Positions 29,850 through 40,942 are shown, counted from the stretch's first letter. The stretch is 64,000 nucleotides of DNA from Aureliella sp. (GCA_963691875.1 OY829846.1:1120001-1184000); one strand, 5' to 3'. A program made the numbers and translations. Notes: a model not told the origin generated them from the sequence alone.

Positions 29850-30428
29850 TCAGAGATCGAGCATGCCGCGAGCTTTTTCTCGAAGCTTAGACAGAACCCG
29901 TGATTTGGCGACCATCACTGTGTTAGTACTGATTCCTAGAGCTTCCGCCACCTGCTGCGGCGATTTGTTCTCAACGGCTGTCTGTAGAAAAGCTTGCCAA
30001 GGCTGAGAGCTAAAGTCTTCGCGAACGGATTTTAGTAGCTGTTGCAATAGGTAGCGGTCGTGTTCTTCTGCCCAAAGCTTACTGAGCGCACTTTTTTCAT
30101 CCTCTAATTCTTGGAGCTCTTGGTGTACTGCCTCTCCCGCAAGATGCCGCTTACTTTGCCGCCAATGATTCCTCACTCGATTGAGAAGAATCGTCCGCAG
30201 CCAGCAGCGAAAAGCTCCAGCATGGCCATTGTGCGAAAAGTTAGGGAGTTCGCGCAGCACGGTGACAAGTACGTCTTGAATGAGATCAGCTACGTCGTCA
30301 CTTTGCACCTGAAACCGTTTTGCCCAGGCCTGCAGCAGTGGTTGGTACAGCTCTTCCAGCAGATGCCAATCTTGGTCGCTACCCGCCGATTGAATTCTGT
30401 CCAAAAGGGTCAGTGACGTTTCGTTCAT
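29850..30428 (-). CDS. ECF sigma-70 factor (planctomycete type)
   Basis: TSLTLLDR..W..LEELYQP, ADLIQDV, FRCWLRTI; region 4 VAEALGISTNTVMVAKSRVLSKLR. Confidence 0.93.
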   Translation of the reverse strand: MNETSLTLLDRIQSAGSDQDWHLLEELYQPLLQAWAKRFQVQSDDVADLIQDVLVTVLRELPNFSHNGHAGAFRCWLRTILLNRVRNHWRQSKRHLAGEAVHQELQELEDEKSALSKLWAEEHDRYLLQQLLKSVREDFSSQPWQAFLQTAVENKSPQQVAEALGISTNTVMVAKSRVLSKLREKARGMLDL

Positions 30429-30581
30429 TTGACTTCCGTATTCAGACTCGACTTTGCTTGCTTAGTATACGTAGCCCAATCTGCCGCTGCATTGCGAGCT
30501 GCAGAGCGCTGGGCTTTCCTGGCAAATACAACGATCTCGAGTATCGTAAATTGAGAGTTCCAGACATGATCATAATGCCTC

Positions 30582-31285
30582 ATGCCTAGTACTGCCTTTG
30601 TTCGCGCAGAAGAGATCGTGAAAAGTATTCGCGTACTCGTGATGCAGAGATAGACGCAGTCGCATTGTCGGGAGCTAGTTTTGAAATCGCGGAGAACGAA
30701 TCGATCTCGATACTCGGTCGCTCCGGTTCCGGCAAATCGACCTTGCTCAATCTCTTGGCTGGATTGGATCGGCCAACTTAGGGCCGGCTTGAAGTTGGGG
30801 ACTACGAATTGAGAGCCTGCAGAAAGACACAATTGGACCAATATCGGCGGCAAACGGTCGGAGTCGTGTTCCAGCAGTTTCGGCTCGTTGCGCACAAGTC
30901 AGCTGGGCAAAACGTTGCCTTGCCACTGATGTTTGCGGGCGTCGGATCGCAGGAACGCAAGCGCCGGGTGGCCGAGTGCTGAGAGTTGCTCGGTCTATCG
31001 GATCGAGCGAAGCATCGCCCAGCGGAGCTCTCCGGTGGTGAGCAGCAAAGAGTCGCCGTTGCGCGAGCTATCGCAAACACGCCCAAACTACTTTTTGCAG
31101 ACGAGCCAACCGGCAATCTGGATTCGCAAAACGCCAAACAAGTCATGGATTTGCTGCAGCAAGCCAGAGCTGCCTCGAACGCGACACTTGTGTTGGTAAC
31201 TCACGACGCGGAGCTCGCCGAACGATATACCGACCAAATTCTGATGATGGATGACGGGCGTGTTGAAGACCAGGTCCATGCATGA
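30582..31285 (+). pseudogene. LolD/MacB-type ABC ATPase pseudogene
   Basis: Walker [44 protein letters not shown]; frameshift near 30621-30626, TAG 30779-30781, TGA 30980-30982. Confidence 0.9.
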
Positions 31286-32853
31286 CTTCCTCAGACCTTG
31301 TCTTAAACGCCTTTGAAAATTTGTATCGTCGCAAGTCGAGTACTCTTCTCAATTTGCTTGGCGTGGTGGTTAGTTGTGTGCTGCTGTTGTTGACGCTTGC
31401 TTCAGCAAGTGGCGTGAGGGCGGCGATAGCGAGGTTTGTCGAACAGTCCGACTCGGCGAAAAGGTTTCAGGTAGCGACCGGCTACGATAGCAAGACTGTG
31501 CCGCCCCAAGGCAGCGTCGACTTGGATTTTGTGACAACGGGCGAGCGCGTGGAGCGGATGCGAAACACGCTCCATGAGCAATGGAGAAAGAGAAATTTGC
31601 CGGCTCCGAAATCACTTTCCTCTTCGCAAATTGCATACATTGAAAGCGACGAGCGCACCATAGACCACATTCTCAACTTCGAGGGTGCCGTTCAAATGCG
31701 ACTGATCGCGGAAGACGATACTTCAATTGCTCAGCTAGGGCAGCTCGTCCCCTTTCGTGACTCTCGCGTTTCAGGTGCATCGCGTCACGAAAAAATGTTG
31801 AAGGATCGACTCATTGCAGGCGAGTTCTTTGCAGAAAGTAGCTTGGATGGTGTCTTAATTCACGAGATGCTGGCGCATGATTTGGCCGTGCGATCTGACG
31901 AACAGTTGCAGGAATTGATCGGCAAACGCGTGCAAGTTCGTTGGGGGAGCAATCCTGTGAATTTCACTCAGGTAAAGGCTCTCATGTAACAGCTTTCAGC
32001 AAATCAGCTTCAGGAGATCGCTAACCTGCTAAGAAGTATCTCGGAAGGCAGAATTATCGCGGAGGTCGCCCCTGACTTGAAGGCCGTTTTGTCCGCATTT
32101 ATGCGGCAGGATGAAAATGCGAGCTCAACGGCAGCGGGAGCTCGCCGGACAATCACACGCGAGTTCGCGGTCCGCGGAGTTTTCCGCAATCCAGATTCGA
32201 GTGATCCGGTTAGTATCCTCACACGATACTTGGGAGAAGGGCAGTTATTGCTGCACCATCGAGAGTTAGGAGCAATCGCAGAAGAATTGAAGTGGACAAG
32301 GCCTCGAACCCCAACGACCTACATTGCTGACGTTCGGAATCTTGGGTCCTTTACGAAGGAAGCCCAGAAGCAGAGTCTCGATATCTGCTCCGCTGCTCCG
32401 ATTGTGAAACATGTGATGAAAGAGATCGACGACTCTAGGTCCATACTTTTGTTGGTTGTACTTGTCGTTTTTATCATGAGCGCGTTCGGGATATCCAACA
32501 CGATGATCATGTCAGTGATGGAACGCTCACAAGAGATTGGCATCATGAAATCGGTCGGAGGAAGCAATAAACAAGTTACCTGCTTAATTCTCTTCGAAGG
32601 AGCCGTCAGCGGTGCGACCAGCGGTGGTATCGCGATCTTGCTTTCTTACGTGACGGCATTCTTTGCAAGTTTCTTGGTGAGAGATTATGTTCAAGTCAAG
32701 ACGCGTATGGACTTGGACGATCATGTTATTTCTATCGAGCTCTGGATGATCCTCTTCACGCTCGCCACAGCGATAGGCGTATCGTTGTTGGCTAGTCTTT
32801 AGCGAGCACGAAAGGCTGCTGTGATGGATCCCGTTGACGCGATGCGACCCTAG
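31282..32853 (+). pseudogene. FtsX/MacB-type ABC permease pseudogene
   Basis: One reading frame: NLYRRKSST...GISNTMIMSVMERSQEIGIMKSVG...LLASL*RARKAAVMDPVDAMRP; in-frame TAA 31987-31989 and TAG 32800-32802; ATGA overlap with the ATPase. Confidence 0.88.
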
Positions 32854-32991
32854 AGGCGACGCTGCAGATTTATTTCAGAACCGGAAACTATACGTCTCGC
32901 TTCCGCGTCTTGTAGGCCGTTGCGCGCAAACGCTACAAAAGCCAGAACATCAGAGGCAGACTACACTCCTACTGTTCATTGGTCGTTTGCG

Positions 32992-33118
32992 ACCTAATCT
33001 CTCTGGGGAGAGTAGCGAGTAATGCGAGCGGAGCGGGGCCGTTCCAGCCCTCCCTAAACGAAGGCACAGAAGCTTCGCGTTGGTCTTCGTCCGACCCTCC
33101 CGCGAGCGGGAGCGTAAG
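32992..33118. repeat. Degenerate REP-like multi-hairpin element (CCCTCCC/GGGAG type)
   Basis: CTCTC-TGGG-GAGAG, an internal CCCTCCC, and terminal CTCCCGC-GA-GCGGGAG hairpin at 33097-33112. Confidence 0.5.
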
Positions 33119-33386
33119 TTGCGAAAAGCGGCACTTCAAAATTACGCTTCAGACTGTGATTCATGAGGTCTACACCGCGCGGTTTCCTTGGACTCTTCAA
33201 AGACAGACCGGGTATAGGCAAAGGTCAGCACATCAACGTACTGATGGTCGCTAACGAGCCTGCATTCGAGTGTCTAAACCTTGCCTTTTAGGCTATATTC
33301 GGTGATACGCAAACGATGCTGATCGGCGATCGCGTTGGCTTCGCGGCTGATCGAATAGCTCGACGCGTTCTCTCCGAGCCACCAGA

Positions 33387-36300
33387 ATGAATGTCAAAGG
33401 ACTGCAAATGCTGACGCGCCGACTCACTCTATTCCTTTCATGCTTTGTAGGACTTTTCGGATCGACACTTCTCGCACAGTTTCCATCACGAGCTTACAAC
33501 CCGGAAGTGGTGCAATTGGCACCCCGCAACCTGCAGCGTTTCCTGACTGAAGGGCAGAAGGCACTTGAGGAAGAGAGATATTCCGATGGGATCGATCTCC
33601 TTTCTCTTCTAACTGGCGTAGAGGACGTGCGCGTGGCAGCGGATATCCGGGGCCAGGATTACTTTCTCGAAAACGAGATTACTCGCAACCCGCCCAAATA
33701 CTATCGCAAGACGATGAGACAGCGTGCTCTCTCGCTTCTCGGAAACATGTCCGCTAAAGGCAGGGACGTTCTTGAGATCCAGTTTGGGGTGACAGCCAGA
33801 CAGCAATTAGATGCAGCCATCGCCAGCGGAGACCGCAAGTCTCTTCACGAAGTGTTGCGACTCTATGCAGCTACGGATGCAGGTTTCGAAGCACAGCTGA
33901 TCGTGGCTGAACAATGGCTGAGTGGAGGCTCACCATTGGCAGCCGCACAGCTATACCGTGAATTGCTCTCCTACAAAGCGGCTCGAGCCAAGTACGGTGT
34001 AGAGCTCGTTCGAGCGGCATGTCAATGTTGGATGGCTGGTGGTAAGAATCCGTTGGCGGTGGAAAGCTTTCTGGAGGGTGCGAGGCTCTTCCCCGGCCAA
34101 ACCATTCAGCTCGGTGGGCAGCCAATCGTGCTGGAAGACGGTCAGAACGCACCTCAAATTATTGAGACCGCTTCACAGGCAGATAGATCGAAGGACGGAA
34201 GAACTCGCTCGGGGGATTGGCAGATCGCCGGAGGCACGCCGGCACGTAATTCGGTGAAGAATATCAGCATGCCACTACGTGACATGAGTTGGCCAGTGCG
34301 CACACACAGCAGTGTACCGGAAGGCAACGCCCTTCGGAACCAGGAGATGATCTATCGCGAACAGAGGCAAGCGCTTTTGCCTAAATCGGAAGTTCGTGCC
34401 ATTGGCGATACATTGCTGGTGAAAACCAATGCCGGCCTGATTCTTGGCGTGAACATGGCAACAGGACTTACGAAGTGGCAATACCCGCTGTGGGGTGGCA
34501 AGTCTGCTGCGAGCATGGCTGAAGAGCCGAGCTGGAGACGTGGAAGTGATTCGGGCGTCGCGCCTTTGATTCGCAATCGAGTGTGGGGCAGCGACGCTTT
34601 TGGGAAGTTTAGCTGTGATGATGAGCAATTCTACTACGTAACCGAGGCGCAGGCTCAGCGCACTCAGCAGGCTTTTTCTACTTATCGTTTCTTCTCTCCC
34701 AACCAGCTGCAAGCTGTCAACATCGCGGAGGAAGGAGCGATCAAATGGCGCGTCGGTACACCGGAAGGCGACGAACGACTTGCTCACAATGACCTGCTTG
34801 ATGTTTCCTTCCTCGGCCCGCCGCTGCCATATGATGGTGAGCTCTTCTGCGTGGTGGAGCAGCGTGGCGAGATAAGGCTGATCGTTCTGGATTCGGAGAC
34901 GGGAGCCGTAAATTGGTCACAGCAGCTTTGTTCACCATTTCAAAGCAGAGGTGGAAACGTTCGAAATTCTGTCGCAATCTCACCCACCATCTCCGATGGC
35001 GTAATCCTCTGCCCAACAGGTGCCAACGCTTTCGTCGCAGTTGACTTGGTGACTAGAGGATTGAGATGGATGATCAACTACCAAGGTGTTTCCGTCGGTG
35101 ATCAACGGAACGGCCTGCTTGGGCGAAGTACTTTTGAGCCCTCGACTGCGGCACGCTGGCAGGAAAATACTTTGATAGCCACCGACGGCTTGGCCGTGAT
35201 GCCGACGGTCGAGGGCGGCTCGCTCCATGTTCGTGACCTGATGACCGGAATGCCTCACTATGTTCGCAGTCGCCAACAAGGACTTTATGTGCTGGGAGTG
35301 GAGGACAATCGGCTGTACGTGCTCAATGCCGACGCACTCATCTGTTTAGACATGGGCAACTCTCGAGTGCTTTGGCGAGCCGCATTCCCAGATAGCAAGC
35401 AGCTTGCTGGCCGAGGGTTATGGCTAGAGGACTCTGTTATGGTTCCACTCACGAACAACACGCTCCTTCAGATTTCTAAGGCAGGTGAGATCCTTGAGTC
35501 CAAGCAACTCTCTTCGCCACTCGGAAACTTGTTCGTTCACCAAGGTAACTTGCTGAGCGTGTCGGCGACGGTTGTTACGGCGTTTCAATCCGTAGACAAT
35601 TTGCGTGAGGCACTGCGTCTTCGACTGGCCGAAGACGCCGGATCACCAGAAACGATTTGTCAGCGGGCACAGCTGAAATATGCGATGGGTGATACTCGTG
35701 CCGCTGTCGATATCTTGAAACAGCATTATCAAGGAAAACAAACGGATGCTTTGCTGCGTTCTTTCTTGGTGGATTTCGTTCTAGCTGGCCTAGAGGAAGA
35801 TTTCGAAGCTTACTACGACACGGCAGTTGCCTTCCGAGAGGCTTTTGAATCCCATCCGAAGCGTGATCAATTCTTGCGGACAATGGCCATCGGGAGCATC
35901 AACGAATGGAAAGTCATGGAGGCTTTCGACAACCTCATGACTCTATTCCAGCGTCACCTGCAGATGGCTAGCCAAGGTGCATCGAGAGAACGAATCAGGG
36001 TTTCTGCGAACCACTATGTTGCCGAGAGTGCTTGGATCAAAGCTGCATTGCACCGAAATTATCTCCAAGCGAACGCTGAGCAACGAAAGAGCATGGACAA
36101 GGAGATCGCGGCGCGGGTGGCTGGGGCCGACCAGCTCGTTCTCTCGCTACGCCTGCTGAAACTTCGCTGCTTCGCTTGGCACCCAGCAGCTGAAAGCATT
36201 CTTCTCGATTCCGCAGTCGACCTAGTGCTCAATTCAAAAGTCGACGCCTCTCTACAGACCCAGGCTGAACAGATTCTTGTTGAGCTACGAAGTTCGCCGC

Positions 36301-37976
36301 GTGAGGCCGTCGCCCTGGAAGCACGCAAGCTCCTTGGTCGTCTTACGCTTGAGGACTACGCCATGTTCGGTCCATATGAGAACAACTTGCTGGATTTTAA
36401 ATCTGCACGTGATAATCCGCTTGGCAGTGCCACAAGCAAGAGTTTGTTCGAATCCAAACCGTGGAATACCGGGCTGTTTCAATTGCTGGATCAACACCAA
36501 GTCGTTTACGTCCCGCGCGGTGGATATCTGAACACGGTTTCTGAACGATTCGGTCGGCCGGAGATTAAAGTGAAGCTGTCAGCGGATGAGCTATTACTGA
36601 CAGATCAAAACGGACGCGTTTTCGAAAAGCTACGCTTTGACCGTGCTTCAGCGGATAATGAGTCTCGCTTTCATCGCGCGAAAATTATCGGCGGTCTGCT
36701 GATGCTGCAGACAAGCTCGGAGGTTCTGGCCTTTGACCTCTATCGGGGGCGATACGACTCTCGCAATGCTTTGCTTTGGCGGCAATCTCTGCAAAGTGCG
36801 CGTATCGATGCAAATCAGAGCTTTTCAGAGAACCCGCAACGTATTCGTGAAACTGCCTTTGGCGAACCTATCCTCAAAACGCGTGCCAATCGCGTCGCTG
36901 CAATCGGCCCAGTGACTTCTGGCGGGCTTATCCTGCATCGCGGTGATACTTTAAGCTGCGTAAACCTCTATACGGGCCGAGAACAGTGGAGTAAGTCTGG
37001 ATATCCGACACCTGTCACACTCGCGACGAAGGGCAAAGAGCTCGCAGTGGTAAATCGAGCGGCTGGCACCGTGGAGTTTCTTGATTCGACGGATGGAACG
37101 GAAGAGCGTGGACGACGCAATAAGATTGAGCCTGGTTGGGAGCAATGGACCGCGCAGGGCGTCTACGTAGTCGATTTCCAAGAAGGTGAATCCGCGAAGG
37201 TTACGGAAGAGGCGGGATTGACTTCGGCGGGTAGCTATAGTCCTGCCTTTAAAATCTGGAGCCCTTGGGACGACAAGCCGCTGCTCGAAACAGCCATGTT
37301 GCCCATATCCAGCAAAGCAACGATTTGTGAAGACCGTTATGTTTGCATTGCGGATCAAACTGGAAAGCTGCACATTGTGGATCTCAAAAACGGAGTGCAG
37401 CGAGCCTTCGATGTTCCAATCGACGACCAGCTCGAAGCCATCTCGGCCATGCGATTCGGCAGCAAATTGATTGTTTCGAGCCAAATGCCGCGCACGGATG
37501 AAGAGAAACGAGTCGTCGACTTCGAAAACGAAATGACTGCACAATTGGCGATGACAAATGGCAACGTCTACTGCATAGATCTAGACAGTCTTGAGCTTGC
37601 TTGGGAAAAGCCGGCTCGACTACTGAATATGTTTGCTCCATTGCGACAACCACGTGGCGCGCCGTTTCTTTTCTCCTTCCGAATCAATCCATCAGAGACT
37701 CGCGGCGAGAAGTCGCTGACACTCGGATTTTTAGATTTGCGTAATGGTAAGATGGCATACGTGATGCAGAGCAAAACGCTTTCACCCGCCACCGCCAGAG
37801 CGACCCACGCTTTTCAGATGGAATACTCACCAGATAGCCAGACAATATCGGTGATCCTGCGAGATCAAATATTCACTTTTTTGTGCAATCCTGGACCACG
37901 CCCTCCAAGACCGGTTGCACGCTTTGGTCGAGTGAGCGTGGAAGAATCTGAGCCTGGACTCTTTGGTGCTCCTTAA
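33387..37976 (+). CDS. Large secreted PQQ/BamB-like beta-propeller repeat protein with TPR/helical segments
   Basis: Signal peptide; WQIAGGTPARN, repeated 'D..TG...W' blades, FLGPPL, SPTISDGVILCPTGANAFVAVDL; helical regions N-terminal and central. Confidence 0.85.
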   Translation: MNVKGLQMLTRRLTLFLSCFVGLFGSTLLAQFPSRAYNPEVVQLAPRNLQRFLTEGQKALEEERYSDGIDLLSLLTGVEDVRVAADIRGQDYFLENEITRNPPKYYRKTMRQRALSLLGNMSAKGRDVLEIQFGVTARQQLDAAIASGDRKSLHEVLRLYAATDAGFEAQLIVAEQWLSGGSPLAAAQLYRELLSYKAARAKYGVELVRAACQCWMAGGKNPLAVESFLEGARLFPGQTIQLGGQPIVLEDGQNAPQIIETASQADRSKDGRTRSGDWQIAGGTPARNSVKNISMPLRDMSWPVRTHSSVPEGNALRNQEMIYREQRQALLPKSEVRAIGDTLLVKTNAGLILGVNMATGLTKWQYPLWGGKSAASMAEEPSWRRGSDSGVAPLIRNRVWGSDAFGKFSCDDEQFYYVTEAQAQRTQQAFSTYRFFSPNQLQAVNIAEEGAIKWRVGTPEGDERLAHNDLLDVSFLGPPLPYDGELFCVVEQRGEIRLIVLDSETGAVNWSQQLCSPFQSRGGNVRNSVAISPTISDGVILCPTGANAFVAVDLVTRGLRWMINYQGVSVGDQRNGLLGRSTFEPSTAARWQENTLIATDGLAVMPTVEGGSLHVRDLMTGMPHYVRSRQQGLYVLGVEDNRLYVLNADALICLDMGNSRVLWRAAFPDSKQLAGRGLWLEDSVMVPLTNNTLLQISKAGEILESKQLSSPLGNLFVHQGNLLSVSATVVTAFQSVDNLREALRLRLAEDAGSPETICQRAQLKYAMGDTRAAVDILKQHYQGKQTDALLRSFLVDFVLAGLEEDFEAYYDTAVAFREAFESHPKRDQFLRTMAIGSINEWKVMEAFDNLMTLFQRHLQMASQGASRERIRVSANHYVAESAWIKAALHRNYLQANAEQRKSMDKEIAARVAGADQLVLSLRLLKLRCFAWHPAAESILLDSAVDLVLNSKVDASLQTQAEQILVELRSSPREAVALEARKLLGRLTLEDYAMFGPYENNLLDFKSARDNPLGSATSKSLFESKPWNTGLFQLLDQHQVVYVPRGGYLNTVSERFGRPEIKVKLSADELLLTDQNGRVFEKLRFDRASADNESRFHRAKIIGGLLMLQTSSEVLAFDLYRGRYDSRNALLWRQSLQSARIDANQSFSENPQRIRETAFGEPILKTRANRVAAIGPVTSGGLILHRGDTLSCVNLYTGREQWSKSGYPTPVTLATKGKELAVVNRAAGTVEFLDSTDGTEERGRRNKIEPGWEQWTAQGVYVVDFQEGESAKVTEEAGLTSAGSYSPAFKIWSPWDDKPLLETAMLPISSKATICEDRYVCIADQTGKLHIVDLKNGVQRAFDVPIDDQLEAISAMRFGSKLIVSSQMPRTDEEKRVVDFENEMTAQLAMTNGNVYCIDLDSLELAWEKPARLLNMFAPLRQPRGAPFLFSFRINPSETRGEKSLTLGFLDLRNGKMAYVMQSKTLSPATARATHAFQMEYSPDSQTISVILRDQIFTFLCNPGPRPPRPVARFGRVSVEESEPGLFGAP

Positions 37977-38013
37977 GTACCAGGACGATTACTGTCTGAT
38001 GTGGAAGTATTTC

Positions 38014-38565
38014 TCAAGGCTTCCTCAACCCGACGCCTACATCGTAGTGTTCAAAGTTGCTGATTAGCCAGCGCTCGTTTTGCTGTGTGAAGAATACCTT
38101 GACGAATCTAGGAGCCCGAACACGCCCGGTACCTTCAAGATCCATCGAGACAACCGCGATAATTTCAGCAACGGCAGTCCGTGGTGCTCCCTCTTCAATT
38201 TTGACCGACTTGATTCGCGTCACACGTGCATCGCGAAAATTAACGCGCGAAAGCATGGCTTCTACGGCTCGAACCGTCTGCGAAGCATCCGAATGTATTG
38301 CAGCGAGCACGGCCGCATAATCATTCTCTTCGAGCGAAGATGCAACGGAGTGTAAAGTCCCGCGTATTCGCTCAGAATCGGTTTCCACTTGGGCGCTCAG
38401 CACGACTAGCAGCGACGCTAGAATCACGAATCCAATTGCTGAATACAAACTCGCCTTTTGGGCTTTTGCATCTTCCACTTGTGTCCAAACGATGATGGCA
38501 ACTATCGCCAACAACACGCCAATAGATCCAATAAGAATCGGACTCTCAAACAGAAGCTGTGTCAC
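38014..38565 (-). CDS. Membrane-anchored hypothetical protein (2 TM plus SnoaL/NTF2-like domain)
   Basis: Two N-terminal TM helices; VETDSERIR..L...LEEND...IH...WLISNFE pattern. Confidence 0.7.
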   Translation of the reverse strand: MTQLLFESPILIGSIGVLLAIVAIIVWTQVEDAKAQKASLYSAIGFVILASLLVVLSAQVETDSERIRGTLHSVASSLEENDYAAVLAAIHSDASQTVRAVEAMLSRVNFRDARVTRIKSVKIEEGAPRTAVAEIIAVVSMDLEGTGRVRAPRFVKVFFTQQNERWLISNFEHYDVGVGLRKP

Positions 38566-39109
38566 GATCTTTCTCCAAACAGAAAAGCCAGGGAGCCGCA
38601 GAGAAGATGTTTAGAGGTTTGCTGCTGAAGTTGTCAATTACCCAAAACAATTGTTCAGGTGCAAATTGCAAACAAAGTTAGCAGCCAGTATTTGGTACGT
38701 ACTCCGAAGAAAGATGTTCGCGCTAACTTTAGTTTCGCCGTAGAAGTTTCTGTCAGCATGCAGCTTTAGCAATACATCTTTACTCGCCCATCCGCGTGAA
38801 AAGATGGATATCCCGCAAATACACCAGAAGTAGGAGGCAGTTGCTAATTGGCTTGCTAGAATTGCTCAACAATGGGTTGTTTCGTTGGAATCAACACCGG
38901 AACAATTTGTCTTGTCTTCACATCGCGAGCTACCTGGGCAACTGTAATGTGGCAACTAGGACTAATGCAACTTCGTGAAAACTCACTGCATATCCTCTTC
39001 TGGTGTGCACTTGGACTTCTCTTGGATGGAGCCCTTTGGGCTTAGGCAGCAGACATAGGCGCAAGTAACCGACGCGAGCAGGTCAAATTAGAGCTTCAAT
39101 CGAGATATG

Positions 39110-39161
39110 GTAGCCTTTCGCTCCGCGATGTATGCTCGTGCACTGGCGGAGCAAAAGCCAC
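39110..39161. repeat. GTAG-type REP-like hairpin
   Basis: GTAGCCTTTCGCTCCGC...GCGGAGCAAAAGCCAC imperfect inverted repeat beginning with GTAG. Confidence 0.6.
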
Positions 39162-39286
39162 CCCTGTAATGAGCCCTTTATAAGTCGGGCTGACCCATTG
39201 GGCGGAAGCGGACTGAGCTTTACAATCTGATTTGCCACGTAACCGGTTGGCAAGTTTCCCTGTAGACTCCGATGTAGGTACTAGAG

Positions 39287-39958
39287 TTGAGCTCTGATTC
39301 TGAACCCAAAGTTGTATGGCACAATCAAGCCGTTGACCGAGCTGGCCGTGAAAAATTAAAAGGACACCGCGCAGCAGTGGTTTGGTTCACTGGTCTGAGC
39401 GGTTCAGGAAAGAGTACCGTCGCCAATGCGGTCGATGTCTTGCTGCACCAATCCAGCGTACACACCTATTTGCTCGATGGAGACAATGTTCGTCACGGCT
39501 TATGCGCTGGGAAACAACTGCTTGAAGAACGGCACAGCCCTGAGCTTGCGGAGCGGTTCGGACTTGGATTTAGCGCCGTTGATCGCGAGGAGAACATTCG
39601 CCGGATCGGTGCAGTCACACAACTCCTTGTATCTTCTGGCTTGCTTACGCTTACCGCCTTTGTCAGCCCGTATCGACGCGATCGTGAACTGGTTCGCGAG
39701 TGGTTGACCAAACATGGTAGCGCAGAAGATTTTGTGGAGATATTTGTGGACACGCCCCTCGAAGTCTGCGAAGCGCGAGATCCCAAAGGACTGTACAAAC
39801 TGGCAAGAGAAGGCAAGATTGCCAATTTCACCGGCATCAATGATCCATACGAATCGCCGGAGAACCCAGAATTGCACTTGGATGGCTGCTTACCCATCGA
39901 AAATCTTGCAAATCAAGTCGTGGATTATTTGGGCTCGAAGGGAATCATCAACGCGTAG
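39287..39958 (+). CDS. cysC: Adenylyl-sulfate kinase
   Basis: [56 protein letters not shown]. Confidence 0.97.
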   Translation: MSSDSEPKVVWHNQAVDRAGREKLKGHRAAVVWFTGLSGSGKSTVANAVDVLLHQSSVHTYLLDGDNVRHGLCAGKQLLEERHSPELAERFGLGFSAVDREENIRRIGAVTQLLVSSGLLTLTAFVSPYRRDRELVREWLTKHGSAEDFVEIFVDTPLEVCEARDPKGLYKLAREGKIANFTGINDPYESPENPELHLDGCLPIENLANQVVDYLGSKGIINA

Positions 39959-40023
39959 AGATCGACGGCAACTGCGACAAGCTGGGCATCGCTCACGCCT
40001 CAAATTGTGCCTGGGAAGTGAAT

Positions 40024-40683
40024 CTAGTCTTTGCGTTTTCTGCGAAAAGTGAGCCAACAGAGAGTTAAGACTGTGCCGGCGGTGGAGGAGGGCTCAGGCA
40101 TATGTACCAGGGTGAAGTCGTGATTCTGGTTGTAGGCCGTGTAGCTGCTGCCGTTGGAAGTTCCGCGAGAGTTTCCGCCGGCTTGCGTTCCCCAATACCA
40201 GTTGTCGAATTCACCCGTCGTGTTGTTGATCACGCCTAGCCAGTAAGTCGTCCCAGCCGTCAAGCTGAACTCTGGGATGTCCGCTTTATAGCTAAAAACA
40301 TCGAAGCCGAAAATGTCGACGCCCGAGTCAACGCGATTCGCGTTGCCGACGGTATGCGAATAGAGTACGGCTCCAGGATTTCCATTGTTTCGCGCTCGGC
40401 GAATCTCTATCCGGAAGTCATCGCTTGCCGGTGGTGTGTTCTGGAAGGCATAGGCTCCCGTCCAGCGAATGCGATTAAAACTGGTCGCTGTAGCTGAAGA
40501 AAAGTCGTCGAACTGGGATAGAGGCCGGTCATCGTCACTTAGATAGGCGTTGGCAATGCCGCCCGCCCCGCCGACTCCATTGTTGAAGACGATAAACTCA
40601 GCCTCTGCGGCGGCTGGCCAGCTGCCAAGCAAAATCGAGAGCAACAGTAGTTGCCAGGCAGTTGTTTGAATTAACGGGCGCAT
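40024..40683 (-). CDS. PEP-CTERM sorting-domain protein
   Basis: Signal peptide ending AAEA; C-terminal MPEPSS, hydrophobic helix, RRKRKD. Confidence 0.88.
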   Translation of the reverse strand: MRPLIQTTAWQLLLLSILLGSWPAAAEAEFIVFNNGVGGAGGIANAYLSDDDRPLSQFDDFSSATATSFNRIRWTGAYAFQNTPPASDDFRIEIRRARNNGNPGAVLYSHTVGNANRVDSGVDIFGFDVFSYKADIPEFSLTAGTTYWLGVINNTTGEFDNWYWGTQAGGNSRGTSNGSSYTAYNQNHDFTLVHMPEPSSTAGTVLTLCWLTFRRKRKD

Positions 40684-40942
40684 GTGAATGCCTATCGATT
40701 CCGGCGCCCCTTTTCAACTCTTTCTCATTTGCCATGAAAGCTTTGCTTGCACTCTGCGTGAAGCACGCACTCCGAGAGTAATTCACGTTGCTTCGCGATG
40801 AAAAAAAGTAAAATGACCGCCATGTATCGAATATGCGGGTTGTAATCCGCATGCGGTCGTTTTCGCTATCACTCGCTGGCCGAAGCTCTTCGAATCCTCC
40901 GTAAAACACTTGGAGTTTTGCGAAGCCATTCTGGCCCTTCGC

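Noticed and set aside
14359..32853. Stop-codon reassignment or selenocysteine explaining the in-frame stops
   Set aside because: Interruptions use TGA, TAG and TAA and include frameshifts; intact genes end in all three stops; the TGA sites are not Cys-like catalytic positions
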